DNA from: a virus
Lineage: Duplodnaviria; Heunggongvirae; Uroviricota; Caudoviricetes
Length of the DNA stretch: 49,350 nucleotides
Virus record (IMG/VR): IMGVR_UViG_2671180676_000008
Reading direction: 5' to 3' (one strand)
The notes below the pieces were generated by a model. It was not told the DNA's origin. It saw only the letters and a program-made list of their open reading frames with translations, and ran no database searches. This document shows positions 10,737-20,928 of this stretch, one piece after another (the stretch's first letter is position 1; the number at the start of each line of letters is the position of its first letter). The position numbers were made by a program, and so were the translations under genes.

Positions 10737-13700
10737 TTAACATTCCCCCATCACGTCGCATATTTAACAGATTGCCCTGCACCCGCTGATCAACCATCCC
10801 CATAAGTGCTTTTATTGCCTGAGGGCCAATCTCTCCATTCTGGCCGTCATTTTGAATAGTGATTTGGTATACAGGGGCATAGGTAATATCTCCGCCTCCA
10901 TTACCACTTTTACTATTAATAGCTCTGACACCAAGAGAACCATCGGAAGTTCGTGTTAATGGCATAATGGCTTCCGGTCCAGCCTCACCAAAAACACCAG
11001 CCCCTCTTGCAAAAGCAAAAAATTGCGGGGAATCATAAATACCGTTCGAATACGTGTTCAATGACGGAGACTCATAAACACCGCCCTTTGCATTCGGAAT
11101 AAATTTACTAATAGCACTCCCGATAGTTCCTAAAATCCCCCCAGAAGAACTGTTACTAATGCTGTCGAAAATCCCAGTAATTGAAGCCTTTAATGCTATT
11201 CGACTAAGATCCGAAATCACGGAAGTAGCGAAAGAACGAAAATTTGCCTTGCCTGTCGTGACAAAATCACCCAGCGCATCGGTCATTCCATCAAACATCT
11301 GAGTCGTGGTTGATTTTATCTGCTCACTGATATCCTTAGTGTCATCCAGCCAGTTATTGAATCCCTGGGAGGCACCACTAACCCAGTCTCCTGCCTGAAT
11401 ATCGAGCTGCTCGTTTTTCTGTCTGACAATTTCTTTTTCTCGTTCCAGAGCATCATTCAGAGCCTGCATTTTCTCCTGAAAAACATGATTTGACATCCCA
11501 CGGGATTTATCTGCATAGTCACGTTCAAGTTGCAGACGCTGATTGTTATATTCACGTTCAATCCGCAGTAATTCCTGCTGGCGTTGCTGATTTTTATCGC
11601 CAACCCCATAACCAGCAATCTGAATATCATACCCCTGTTGACGATTATCAATCGAAGCCTGCAATGAATCACGCCATGCAGCTATTTCGGCGGATTCCTT
11701 GATTAGCCTGTTATTTTTTTCAATCGCAACATTTTTCTCCATCAACGCGGTTATTTCTTCCCGGTGTAAGAGAAGCGATTTCTGATCCTGGGTTAATTTC
11801 GATGACGGTCGTGACTCCAGGTCGGCAATCTGCTGACGCCACTTAACCAGTTCCTGTTCAGAGGAACTTAATTTAACGGTTAATTCAGTTTGTGAACTTA
11901 GTAACGCATTCTGTTGATTCAGATGATCAATCATTCGTTGGGCAGCATCATCCGAATAACCTTTCGCCTTTGGTTGCTTTGGATCTTTATAACGCTCATT
12001 TATTTGAGCGATAAAATTATTATATTCTTCCTTTGAATACTGACTCTTTAGCTTTTCCAGTTTTGCAAGTTCACTAGCTCTCTGCTGCTCCCGGGTCTGA
12101 TATTGTTTTGAAAAGGCATCTGCTCTCTGTCTGAGTTCAATTCCTTCCTGTTGTCGCTTGTTGTAATCGTTTATTGATGAATTTAGGACGTCCTGAGCAA
12201 TTTTTTCTGCTTGAAGTACGCCCAATTGCTGCTTTAATCGTGCCAGCCTTTTATTTTGAGCTCCGCCATCTCCAATGCCACCTAACCCGAAAACTCCGGG
12301 TCGGGTATTTTTTTCTATTTCATCAATTTGACGGAGAACATCTGAGATTTTTTGATCAAGGGAGGCCTCACGGCCAATGTCCAGCATGGAATCCCATGCC
12401 CATTTTGCGGAGTCTGCGACAGCTTTCCATGCAGTCTCAAGATAACCAAGATTTTCTTTAATCTGGTTGGTGCGCTGGATCATTGAGGATGAGTATGCTT
12501 CTGTCGCAATGCGGGCGGCCTCCTGCTGGTTCCCTTCATCCTGTAGCGCCTTAATCTGGTTATAAGTCGCAATTGTCAGAAAATGGTACTGATCATTAAG
12601 TTTTGATATGGCACTGACAGGATCCTTTGCAATTTCATTGAAGTCATTAACCAGTTGTTCGGTTGATATTCCTGTTACTTCGCTCGTTTTTACTATCGCT
12701 GTCGTCACTTGCTCCAGCGAACTGCTCGCTACCTTTCCCGAACGCACAAGCTGGTTTAATACTGCCGCCGCAGCGCCAGTTGTCGAATCAGCCGCATTCC
12801 CGGCACGTTGAGCTATATCGGCCAATTGCCCGCTGGTTGTCCCCAACTGATTTCCGGTAAGAATAAGAGATTTATTAAATTCGTCCTGCTCCTGAGAGCC
12901 TTTATAGTAAGCCAGTCCTAAGACCCCAACGGCTGCTGCGGCCAGGGTAAAAGGATTAATTAATCCCAGCACATAAGAACCTACACCTTTGATCGCCGGG
13001 CCAATCCCACCGAACATATCTTTTAGCTGGCCGCCCTGCTGCATTAACACCATAAATGGCGACTGACCAGTGGACAACCCAACAACAATATCCGTCATTT
13101 GTGCAGGCAACATGCGCATAGCAAAAGCCGTTTGTTTTGCCGACATTCCGGTTTTGCTTAATTGTGATTGAGTAACCTCAAGCTCACTCCGCATAGCACG
13201 AAGTTTTCCAGAAAGCTCCTCATACATTTCAGGAGAAAGCATCCCCTTAGCTTTTGCTTCATTGAGCTGTTTCTGTTGTTCTACCAGACGATTAAAAGCA
13301 GTTCCGACAGGATCAAGTTGAGCAATCAGACGTTGCAAAGCAACAACCTGTTCATCATGCGCTTTTGCTGCTTCTCGCTCTGCCTGAGCCTCTCCGGTAA
13401 GCTCTCGCCGTGTTTCCTGTATTTTTCGGCTATAATTCTCAAACTGAGAACCATTTATTTTCCCGGATGCAAACGCAGCATTAAGTTCATCATGCTGTTG
13501 TTCAAGATTTCTTAGCGCCGCAGCCAGAGGGTCGATCTTGTCCAGCATTCTTTGAAAGGCCTGAGCCTGCGCTTCCTGCTGGGCGGCAGCAAGTTTTCCG
13601 GCCTTCTCGGCTTCTCTCTGCGCTTGCGCAACCCCGCTCAATTCCTCTGTGGTTTCATTAAGTTTACGGACAAGAAATTCATATTCTTCTTTATCAATAA

Positions 13701-13962
13701 GCCCTTTATCGAAAAATTTCTTTAATTCAGAATAGCGTCGACCGACAGTATCAATTGCGGCACCAACTGGATCAATAGCTGCTTTTAATTTTGCGAGCGC
13801 GTTCTTCTCATCTTCTGTTGCCTTAGTCACTTTCCCTGCGCTATTTGCAGCAGTTTCCCCAGCCTGCGTCATTTTGACTAATGAGGAGGTCAGATTGTCA
13901 GCATTATTTTTCGCTCCAGTGCTATCAATAATTATTGCGAGACGCGAGGTTTGCTCTGCCAT
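10729..13962 (-). CDS. Tail tape measure protein
   Basis: 1077-aa coiled-coil-rich ORF between the G/GT chaperone and M. Confidence 0.85.
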
Positions 13963-13980
13963 TTATTAAAACTCCTGACA

Positions 13981-14006
13981 ACAAAAAACCCACCGCGAAG
14001 TGGGTT
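13981..14006 (-). terminator. Terminator-like hairpin between GT and the tape measure gene
   Basis: Stem aacccac/gtgggtt (13987..14006) followed on the - strand by TTTTTTG, then an SD and the tape measure ATG. Confidence 0.3.
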
Positions 14007-14127
14007 TCAGGCGACATAATAGTAGATATAGCGATTACGAGGCCACGCAATGCTTTTCTCCAGGAGCATCATCGATTTAATTAAAGACACCATCACATCT
14101 CTGTAACAGAGTGTACGTAATTAACAA

Positions 14128-14897
14128 CTACACACACTGCTCCTGAAAATACTGGTCATCCAGTGCAAAGATCACTGCTTCAAATTCATCGCGCTCAATC
14201 AATACCGGATGAGTGGCTAAATATTCATTTATCTCTGTCAGAGATAAAGGCAAAGGCACCCCAGCCATTCCAGCATAACGTCGGGCACGGGATATTACCG
14301 AATAGGCGTACAACAACTCCTTAAGCACCGGGTCTATTTCTGGTTCCGGTATCGGTGGCAACCTGAGTTTTTCTCGCTTCCATCTTGCCTTTTCCCCCCT
14401 TTCTCCCCCGAACTCCGATAACCACCGCTGGGCAGCTATGGCTTTTTTATCGTATCCTGCTTCTGCTGCTCTTTACCCTGGGCGATGCTGGCTGCTTCTG
14501 CAAGGATCTGCCAGTACAACTCTGGATTCTGCTTAAGCAGCGCGATCCCTCGTTCTGCCGTATATTCCAGTGCAACCTCAACACCATTAACCAGTTCACC
14601 AACCCCTTTCCAGTCTTTCAGCAGATAACGAGCGGCATTATCAATGAGTAAATCATCAACAGAATCCACCTCGGAAACCTTTGAAATATCAAACTCCTTC
14701 GTTCCGACGTGCAAACTGGCATCCATTTTCTCAATGTGGCGACGGATTAATGCATTACGGGAGCGATACTGATCGTTATCGCTGCTTGCCACCAACAGTT
14801 TTAACCCGTCTACAGGTTTTAAGTCCTTCATTGGCGTAAACCAGCGTTCTCCACCAATGATAATTTTCTGATTAAGAATAAACATCCATAACCTCAT
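14128..14897 (-). CDS. Tail assembly chaperone GT fusion made by programmed -1 frameshift
   Basis: G frame stops at 14436; a -1 shift at A_AAA_AAG (14449..14443) continues with no stop into the frame of ORF 14128..14361. I translated the junction by hand. Confidence 0.6.
14436..14897 (-). CDS. Tail assembly chaperone G
   Basis: 153-aa ORF between the major tail gene and the tape measure gene; slippery heptamer two codons before its stop. Confidence 0.7.
   Translation of the reverse strand: MRLWMFILNQKIIIGGERWFTPMKDLKPVDGLKLLVASSDNDQYRSRNALIRRHIEKMDASLHVGTKEFDISKVSEVDSVDDLLIDNAARYLLKDWKGVGELVNGVEVALEYTAERGIALLKQNPELYWQILAEAASIAQGKEQQKQDTIKKP
14443..14449 (-). promoter_or_regulatory. Programmed -1 ribosomal frameshift slippery site (A AAA AAG)
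   Basis: Heptamer lies in the zero frame of G, just upstream of its stop codon. Confidence 0.6.
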
Positions 14898-14945
14898 TCA
14901 ATGCGTCCCCCTGTAGGGCAGTACCACAGGAGGAATAACGGAAAA

Positions 14946-15908
14946 TCAACTAATCGCCTCAGCACTGGCTTTTGCGATCACGGCAGCCGGGGAATTTTTT
15001 TTTCTGGTTATCGTAGGTGCTTCATCTGCTGCGGTAATGCTCAATTGAACCTGGATAATGTCGCTATTACCCCCATCAGGCCATTCACCTGACACCTGAA
15101 CCTTCGGGAAACTGAAAGTGTATGCCCCCTCTCCATTCGAAAGCGTGAAGCTGAACGGAACTGTTTCTCCAGTCAGTGTTTTACTCCAGATTTCCCACGC
15201 GGCTTTAGACCATGAAAGCGTCACCGTACCGGACGGTGTAAAAGTAGTCGGAATATTTGCTCCTGCATAAGGCGAGCCAGTCCCGATACAACGCTGTGTC
15301 TGGAGTTTGTTATCGAACTGAATATCAAAACTGTCGATACAAAAACCGTTACCTCCGGCAACACCATTCAGGCTTACTGCTGAAACCTCCTTAAACGAAT
15401 AACGTAGCTTTCCTGCACTACCCACAGGTTCGCCTTTGATAAAATTCGTATCATCGGCCTTTGATTCCCAGTCCAGTCCGGCAAAGGTTACGGTCGCTGT
15501 AATATCGCCGTCGTTAGGGATCTGCATTTTCCATGAGCCAACCTGCGCTCCTCTGACGACAGAGGCAATTCCGACATCGGACGCATAGGTCGCCAGAGAA
15601 AATGTTATTCGCTCATTCCCCATTGTCAGAGAATCGCCTGACCATTCCGCGCCGAAACAGGATGCAAGAAAATCATCATGTTGACCCCAGCGAAATTTGG
15701 TACCAACATCACCGCCGACATCCACAGTGCCAGGCGTCGCCCCCTGAGCCATCCGGGAGCCACCAATCTCATTATTTTCGCCTTTATTCTGGGTGGGTTT
15801 TACTCCCCAGCTTGTGCGTTTTAATAAACTCCAGTCACCACTTGCTGGCGTAGTGCCTGCAACCGTCTCCCGGATAAATGCCGAGATAACCTTTGCACCT
15901 GAACTCAC
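14946..15908 (-). CDS. Major tail protein
   Basis: 320-aa ORF between the neck genes and G, in the major-tail position. Confidence 0.7.
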   Translation of the reverse strand: MSSGAKVISAFIRETVAGTTPASGDWSLLKRTSWGVKPTQNKGENNEIGGSRMAQGATPGTVDVGGDVGTKFRWGQHDDFLASCFGAEWSGDSLTMGNERITFSLATYASDVGIASVVRGAQVGSWKMQIPNDGDITATVTFAGLDWESKADDTNFIKGEPVGSAGKLRYSFKEVSAVSLNGVAGGNGFCIDSFDIQFDNKLQTQRCIGTGSPYAGANIPTTFTPSGTVTLSWSKAAWEIWSKTLTGETVPFSFTLSNGEGAYTFSFPKVQVSGEWPDGGNSDIIQVQLSITAADEAPTITRKKNSPAAVIAKASAEAIS

Positions 15909-15934
15909 AGGAGCCTCCTATGTCATTAATTGCG

Positions 15935-16327
15935 CTAGAGCGCGCGATATGGAATTTGAAGATTAAGCTGGAACCAGCCATTCTTTTCGCCAACGGCTAT
16001 TGAGGAAACAGCCTGGTAACTGAGACGATCGTCATCCTGAAACTCAAACAGTTCCCGCAATTTATCGGCTGTCTCAGTAATGAGTTTTGAACCAGAACCT
16101 GCGGGGACAAATAACTGAATAATGATTATCCCCGTGCGATAAACAATCGGCCCCGCGCCAATTTCATTAACTCCAGCCTGCCCGGGAATATTACTTAACC
16201 GCGCCCAGATTAACTTACCGGAAGGATCGAACGTTGGCGCGTTCGGATACAATACGTCTTTTCCATCAATAATCGTCTGTGCCGTCATTCTGGAAATAAC
16301 CGTATTTCTGATTTCAGTAAACGTCAT
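15935..16327 (-). CDS. Tail terminator / tail completion protein
   Basis: 130-aa ORF immediately upstream of the major tail gene (lambda U-like position). Confidence 0.5.
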   Translation of the reverse strand: MTFTEIRNTVISRMTAQTIIDGKDVLYPNAPTFDPSGKLIWARLSNIPGQAGVNEIGAGPIVYRTGIIIIQLFVPAGSGSKLITETADKLRELFEFQDDDRLSYQAVSSIAVGEKNGWFQLNLQIPYRAL

Positions 16328-16704
16328 TTGTAAGCCTGTAAAACACCATGAAAAGCGTTGGCATACACGCCAGTTGGCGCTTGTTGTGAATGACCGTTTT
16401 CAAGAGCCTCTGCATAAGGAAGGTTATTCTGGATATAAATAACTCCGTAATTTGCAGCTTTCGAAATAACCCCGATCCCACGCTGAACAGCAATCGTACC
16501 GTTCGGATCCACGTTATCAGATATACCAAAATCGGGATGCTGTAACGACACCAGGTTGTTATTTCTGAAACGTCCGGTATCAACCGGAGCAGCAATATCA
16601 ATAGCAGTAAGAATCTGAATAGCGATGTAGCGAATCTTCAGCCCTACATCTTCCTCAATCATCCCGGCAAATATTGACGGTTCTATATCCCATGCCTTTG
16701 CCAT
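16324..16704 (-). CDS. HK97 gp10-family tail component
   Basis: PVDTGRFRNN motif, characteristic of the HK97 gp10 family. Confidence 0.6.
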   Translation of the reverse strand: MAKAWDIEPSIFAGMIEEDVGLKIRYIAIQILTAIDIAAPVDTGRFRNNNLVSLQHPDFGISDNVDPNGTIAVQRGIGVISKAANYGVIYIQNNLPYAEALENGHSQQAPTGVYANAFHGVLQAYK

Positions 16705-17088
16705 TTACGCTCTCCTTAACTGGATAGAGTAAACTGATGCGGAAGGATCTACACTTGCTGTAATTACCTCGTATCGTTGTAACTGCCTTGATACAGGATC
16801 ATAAATCTCAATAATATGGTCGACAGCTGGTTTATCCGTAACCTCGCATACCAGAGCGGTTAATTTAAGGTCACCATGCAAAATATTAATCCCATCAATT
16901 CTGCCCAGCTTATAACGTGTCAACACGCCTCGCCCGGTATAGATTGCGGTGGATTCGCCGCCAGTTTCCGTCACAGGATCCCAGTGCCGGTGCGTAACGT
17001 AAGAACCAGAAAAATCACTCACGGCGTCCGCTAAATCCTCATCAAAAGCAGCGGCAACCTCTGACTGAATCTCTTCACGAAGCCCCAT
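16705..17088 (-). CDS. Head-tail adaptor / head closure protein
   Basis: 127-aa ORF in the neck module; assigned by position only. Confidence 0.45.
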   Translation of the reverse strand: MGLREEIQSEVAAAFDEDLADAVSDFSGSYVTHRHWDPVTETGGESTAIYTGRGVLTRYKLGRIDGINILHGDLKLTALVCEVTDKPAVDHIIEIYDPVSRQLQRYEVITASVDPSASVYSIQLRRA

Positions 17089-17483
17089 TATCCCCCCCTC
17101 ACAACCCTGACTTGTGAGCGACTAAGTCCGTACGGTTTCAGCAGTGCTATCGCAAGCTGTAAATCGGGTTCAAGCAATGCAGTGCTGTTTGCTGGCAACT
17201 CAGAAAATGATTTCGATACACTGACCCCGTCAGCCGACACGGCTTTACTGATAACAACGCCAGAATCATTTTTCTGCTGAAACAACTTACCGAATGAGGC
17301 AATTCTGGCTGCATATGCTCCCGCAAGTTTTACCTCTTCCGGAATACGGGATGGGTTAATTTTCAGGTTGAAGCCATTAAGCCAGGCATTAGCCATTAAA
17401 ACAGCTTTATTTTTAGCGTTCTCACTCGTCCAGGCGTTCCCAAACGCATTATCAACGTCATCACAGGTCACGTAAGTGATCAT
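17088..17483 (-). CDS. Head-tail connector (gp6-like)
   Basis: 131-aa ORF downstream of the capsid gene; assigned by position only. Confidence 0.45.
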   Translation of the reverse strand: MITYVTCDDVDNAFGNAWTSENAKNKAVLMANAWLNGFNLKINPSRIPEEVKLAGAYAARIASFGKLFQQKNDSGVVISKAVSADGVSVSKSFSELPANSTALLEPDLQLAIALLKPYGLSRSQVRVVRGG

Positions 17484-17486
17484 GTG

Positions 17487-17663
17487 TTACTCCTGAGTTT
17501 TCCAGCCCATAGCCTTCCAGTTGTCAACTTCATCAGGATGAACATTAGCGATAGTTGGTGCGCCGGGAAACATCTGATAATCGGTCACCATAACCACTAA
17601 CTCAATTTGCGTTTTTTGTGCGGCTTCACGCTGTGCTCTTTGCTCTTTAGTTAATCCGGCCAT
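17487..17663 (-). CDS. Small hypothetical protein (58 aa)
   Basis: Not in the ORF track; I read MAGLTKEQRAQ... by hand. ATG preceded by GGGGG; stop sits just before the 17483 start. Confidence 0.3.
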   Translation of the reverse strand: MAGLTKEQRAQREAAQKTQIELVVMVTDYQMFPGAPTIANVHPDEVDNWKAMGWKTQE

Positions 17664-17674
17664 ATGCCCCCCAT

Positions 17675-17695
17675 TAAAAATGGGGCCGAAGCCCC
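17675..17695 (-). terminator. Rho-independent terminator after the major capsid gene
   Basis: Stem ggggc/gcccc with a 4-nt loop (17682..17695) followed on the - strand by ATTTTT. Confidence 0.5.
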
Positions 17696-17705
17696 GTTTG
17701 AATGT

Positions 17706-18845
17706 TTAACCAAGAATCAGACAACCATGTGCCGGCTTCACTGATGAAACACCCCATGCCAGTCCAACTTCATAGCGCACCTGGCGATACTGACGATACA
17801 GTGCAATCTGGAACGTAATCCCTGAAATCGGGTCCGTAACATTCATTACATCATCAGCATTATCGCCACCTTCCGGCATTGCCGGAGTACGGGATGCCAG
17901 CAGAAACGCGTTGCGATCAAACGCCATATTTGCCGTAAAGGCCCCAACAACTGTGATGGCAGTATCATCGGCCAGATCCTGACGCAGTCCGGGCGCTGCA
18001 AGAGTAATCAGATTGCTGGTCGCTGCTGCCACAACATACTGATTCGGATCACCAGCGAACGTAACAATCTGACCTGCAGAAATACTCCCCGAACCAGTAT
18101 CAATGGAAATAAGAACATCGCCTTCTTTTTTCTCTCCATTCACGAGATAACCAGTTGCAGCAACCTTTGGCGCTCGTTTCACACCTGCCGAACTGTGAAT
18201 ATTGAATCCCTCCAGACGCCCCAACACGCCCTCACGCAGTAGCTGTTCAGTGCCGGATTCATTCACTTTAAACAATACAGACTGTTTTCCGCGCAAATTA
18301 GCAATGGCAGTGGAGCCAAGCACCATCTGCAGATCGGTTGTCGGTGCGCCGTTATCCTCCAGAACCTGACGAGCCAGAGCAGCATCAGAAAGATCATCTT
18401 TAACACCAAACGGCGTTGTCCCTGCGGTTCCCACGGCGCGGGAAGCACCGAAATACAACGCACCAAGATCAGCCTCAACCTCGTTTGCAAGGGCGCGAAA
18501 AGCCTGCTTGAACTGATCAGCCAGAATGGTGTTGTAAGTCCCTGAAGGGCCAAGAGCCAGTTGTTCTTCACCATTCCATTTAACCGGTGCCATTTTGGAT
18601 TTAGTAATTTTTACATCAACAGTGCCAATATTTTGATCACCGGTATTCGGAGCTGACGGCCCCGGTACGATATCTTCGGTTTTCGCCTCAGGCGCAACTG
18701 GCGCGGTTACCGTCTGATCTTTTGCTGCGGCGTCAGCTTTTGCGTTTTTTGCTACCGCAGGGATAAAACCTACCTGCTCACGGGATACAACATCCAGGGC
18801 GGTATAAATAGTCGGGATCAACCCGGTCAGGGTATTTCCAGCCAT
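17706..18845 (-). CDS. Major capsid protein
   Basis: About 379 aa from MAGNTL with AAGGAA upstream; sits after the scaffold gene. The ORF track starts earlier, at 18938. Confidence 0.75.
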   Translation of the reverse strand: MAGNTLTGLIPTIYTALDVVSREQVGFIPAVAKNAKADAAAKDQTVTAPVAPEAKTEDIVPGPSAPNTGDQNIGTVDVKITKSKMAPVKWNGEEQLALGPSGTYNTILADQFKQAFRALANEVEADLGALYFGASRAVGTAGTTPFGVKDDLSDAALARQVLEDNGAPTTDLQMVLGSTAIANLRGKQSVLFKVNESGTEQLLREGVLGRLEGFNIHSSAGVKRAPKVAATGYLVNGEKKEGDVLISIDTGSGSISAGQIVTFAGDPNQYVVAAATSNLITLAAPGLRQDLADDTAITVVGAFTANMAFDRNAFLLASRTPAMPEGGDNADDVMNVTDPISGITFQIALYRQYRQVRYEVGLAWGVSSVKPAHGCLILG

Positions 18846-18943
18846 AATTAAATATTCCTTAAAAATTTGCGTAATTGTGAATAGATGGAGTAATGAGCTA
18901 TCCAGCCCTGACACCAGCTCCCATCCGGAAGCTGACAAATGTG

Positions 18944-19708
18944 TTAATCAACGATTGTGATACCGTCTTTCAATGCGTTTTGCTTACCTGCAACATCCAG
19001 TGCATCAAAAGCAGAGCGTTTCATCGTTTTCTGACCAATATCATGCTGTGTCGGACGGGAGCCGCCGCCATTGTTGCCACTGGCTTTCAGGATGTAGTCT
19101 TTCTGAGGGTAATTTTCGACAAGGAACTCCAGCGCCTCATCAAACTGCGCCAGTTCGCCAGGCTTCGCGCGGGAATAAATTTTGTTGCCGGAAGCGTCAT
19201 AAGCAACGATCCTCCCTTCTTCCACTTTGAATGCCTGCCCGAAGCGGGCTTGTAATAAATCTGCCGGGATCGCAATTTTATCGGCAATATATTTTGAACC
19301 CGCAAAACTACCGCCAATCATAGAATCGTAAAGCTGCTTCTCCAGCATCTGAGAGCGTTGCTTTTCTTCATCTAATTGCTGCTGAAAATTTTTCGTAATT
19401 TCTGCCTTAACCTGGTCAACCTGTCCCGCATCGAGCAGCTTTTTCTGGTCGATTTTTGACAGCATTTCCAGTGCCTCGATCGCCTTCTTCGGGTCTTCGA
19501 TAGCGGCAAACTTAGCCAGTTTTTCCTCTGCAGCTTCTTTAGCCAGGCGATGATTTTTTGCCTCGCCATTAAGCTCTGTAATTTTTTTTGTCGCCAGCGG
19601 TGCATCGAAGCCAATTTCTTTACCATCGTCGTGCACATAAACTGGCAGGCCAGCAGTATCAATTTCTGCGTATTGTTTTCCGTTAATCTCGACCGTTTTC
19701 AGTTTCAT
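18944..19708 (-). CDS. Scaffolding protein
   Basis: Charged, coiled-coil-rich protein between the head morphogenesis and capsid genes; start taken at MKLKTVEING. Confidence 0.6.
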   Translation of the reverse strand: MKLKTVEINGKQYAEIDTAGLPVYVHDDGKEIGFDAPLATKKITELNGEAKNHRLAKEAAEEKLAKFAAIEDPKKAIEALEMLSKIDQKKLLDAGQVDQVKAEITKNFQQQLDEEKQRSQMLEKQLYDSMIGGSFAGSKYIADKIAIPADLLQARFGQAFKVEEGRIVAYDASGNKIYSRAKPGELAQFDEALEFLVENYPQKDYILKASGNNGGGSRPTQHDIGQKTMKRSAFDALDVAGKQNALKDGITIVD

Positions 19709-19812
19709 ATTAGTACCTGGTTTAAGTCTTCCGACAGTTACGCTGCTCACCATCCGGATCGCAGCAATAAAAAAGGCCACCCGAAGGTAGCCTGTTGTAA
19801 TAAATGATTTAT

Positions 19813-20928
19813 TTAAATCCCTGCTTTTCTGAATACCTGTGCATCACGCTCACGGAGCTGCTTCAGCGTCAGCCATTCGCCTTTATCGGTGTAAAATTCA
19901 TCTGGCGACATACCACCATCCCGAATCAGCTTTGCTCGGGTTTCCCCCACAATCTGTTTTTGTCTGGTGTAAGGCTGACGCAAAAACCATTCCCTGTAGG
20001 TTGTATCTCCGGCCACCACGCCATCCATGCTGGCCCGCTCAGCCGGGGAAATATCGCGAACATCAATACCCAGTTCCTTCGCTGATTTCAGAATGAACGT
20101 TTCCGTTGAGCGGCAGCAGAAATGAATTTTTCCCGGCCCCTGCAAATAAGGCACGCTGTGACCTACAGGTTTATTATTCAGCGTATATTTGAGGCGATCC
20201 CTGATTCGACATTGTGGCGTAGTACGATTATCAAGCGTTGATAACCATTGCTTACCCTTAATCAAATCATTATTCGCGCTGGCAAAACTCTCACGGGCAG
20301 TAGCAGCAAGATGTCCAACCGCTGTTTTTGCAATGCTGGCCGCATTAGCCCGGCTCATCTGCAATGCACCATCCTGAAATCCCTTACTGACATGTCCCCG
20401 AATTTTTCTTGCGATCTGCTCATTGGTATCCCCCAGCAAAAAACCCTGACGCACTGTATTTGTTATGCGTCTGAGCCGATCCGCCTCAAGATCTGAGGCC
20501 CACTCACTGAGCAGTCGTCCCTGGAATGGTCGCGCCATTGCAGCGGCATAAAGTGCATCAGGAGAGATACCAACCAGAGGGTGAACATCAGCAACAAAAT
20601 CAGGTAGCATAGAATCAAACAGACTTAACTGATAACCAGCCTCATAAATTGCCAGCTCGTTCAGCTCTCCGGAGAGACTGGTAAACATGCTGTTAATAGC
20701 AGTGCGGTTAACCTTTCTGACGCTCGCCAGAAGTGACTCCAGGCGCTTAACGGTAAAATTACCTGGATCGAGGCTGTCCAGTGCTATCAGCAGGCGAGCA
20801 GTAAGTTCCGCATCGCTGTCATTCAGTATTTTCACCATTCTGGCAGCCACGCCAGTGCTATAGCGGGATATCCAGACTGCATGAGCAATTGATTCATCAC
20901 GCAGCCGTTCATTCACGGTTTGCATCAT
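19813..20928 (-). CDS. Head morphogenesis protein (Mu F / SPP1 gp7-like)
   Basis: DNRTTPQCR motif typical of Mu F-like minor head proteins; downstream of the portal gene. Confidence 0.75.
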   Translation of the reverse strand: MMQTVNERLRDESIAHAVWISRYSTGVAARMVKILNDSDAELTARLLIALDSLDPGNFTVKRLESLLASVRKVNRTAINSMFTSLSGELNELAIYEAGYQLSLFDSMLPDFVADVHPLVGISPDALYAAAMARPFQGRLLSEWASDLEADRLRRITNTVRQGFLLGDTNEQIARKIRGHVSKGFQDGALQMSRANAASIAKTAVGHLAATARESFASANNDLIKGKQWLSTLDNRTTPQCRIRDRLKYTLNNKPVGHSVPYLQGPGKIHFCCRSTETFILKSAKELGIDVRDISPAERASMDGVVAGDTTYREWFLRQPYTRQKQIVGETRAKLIRDGGMSPDEFYTDKGEWLTLKQLRERDAQVFRKAGI

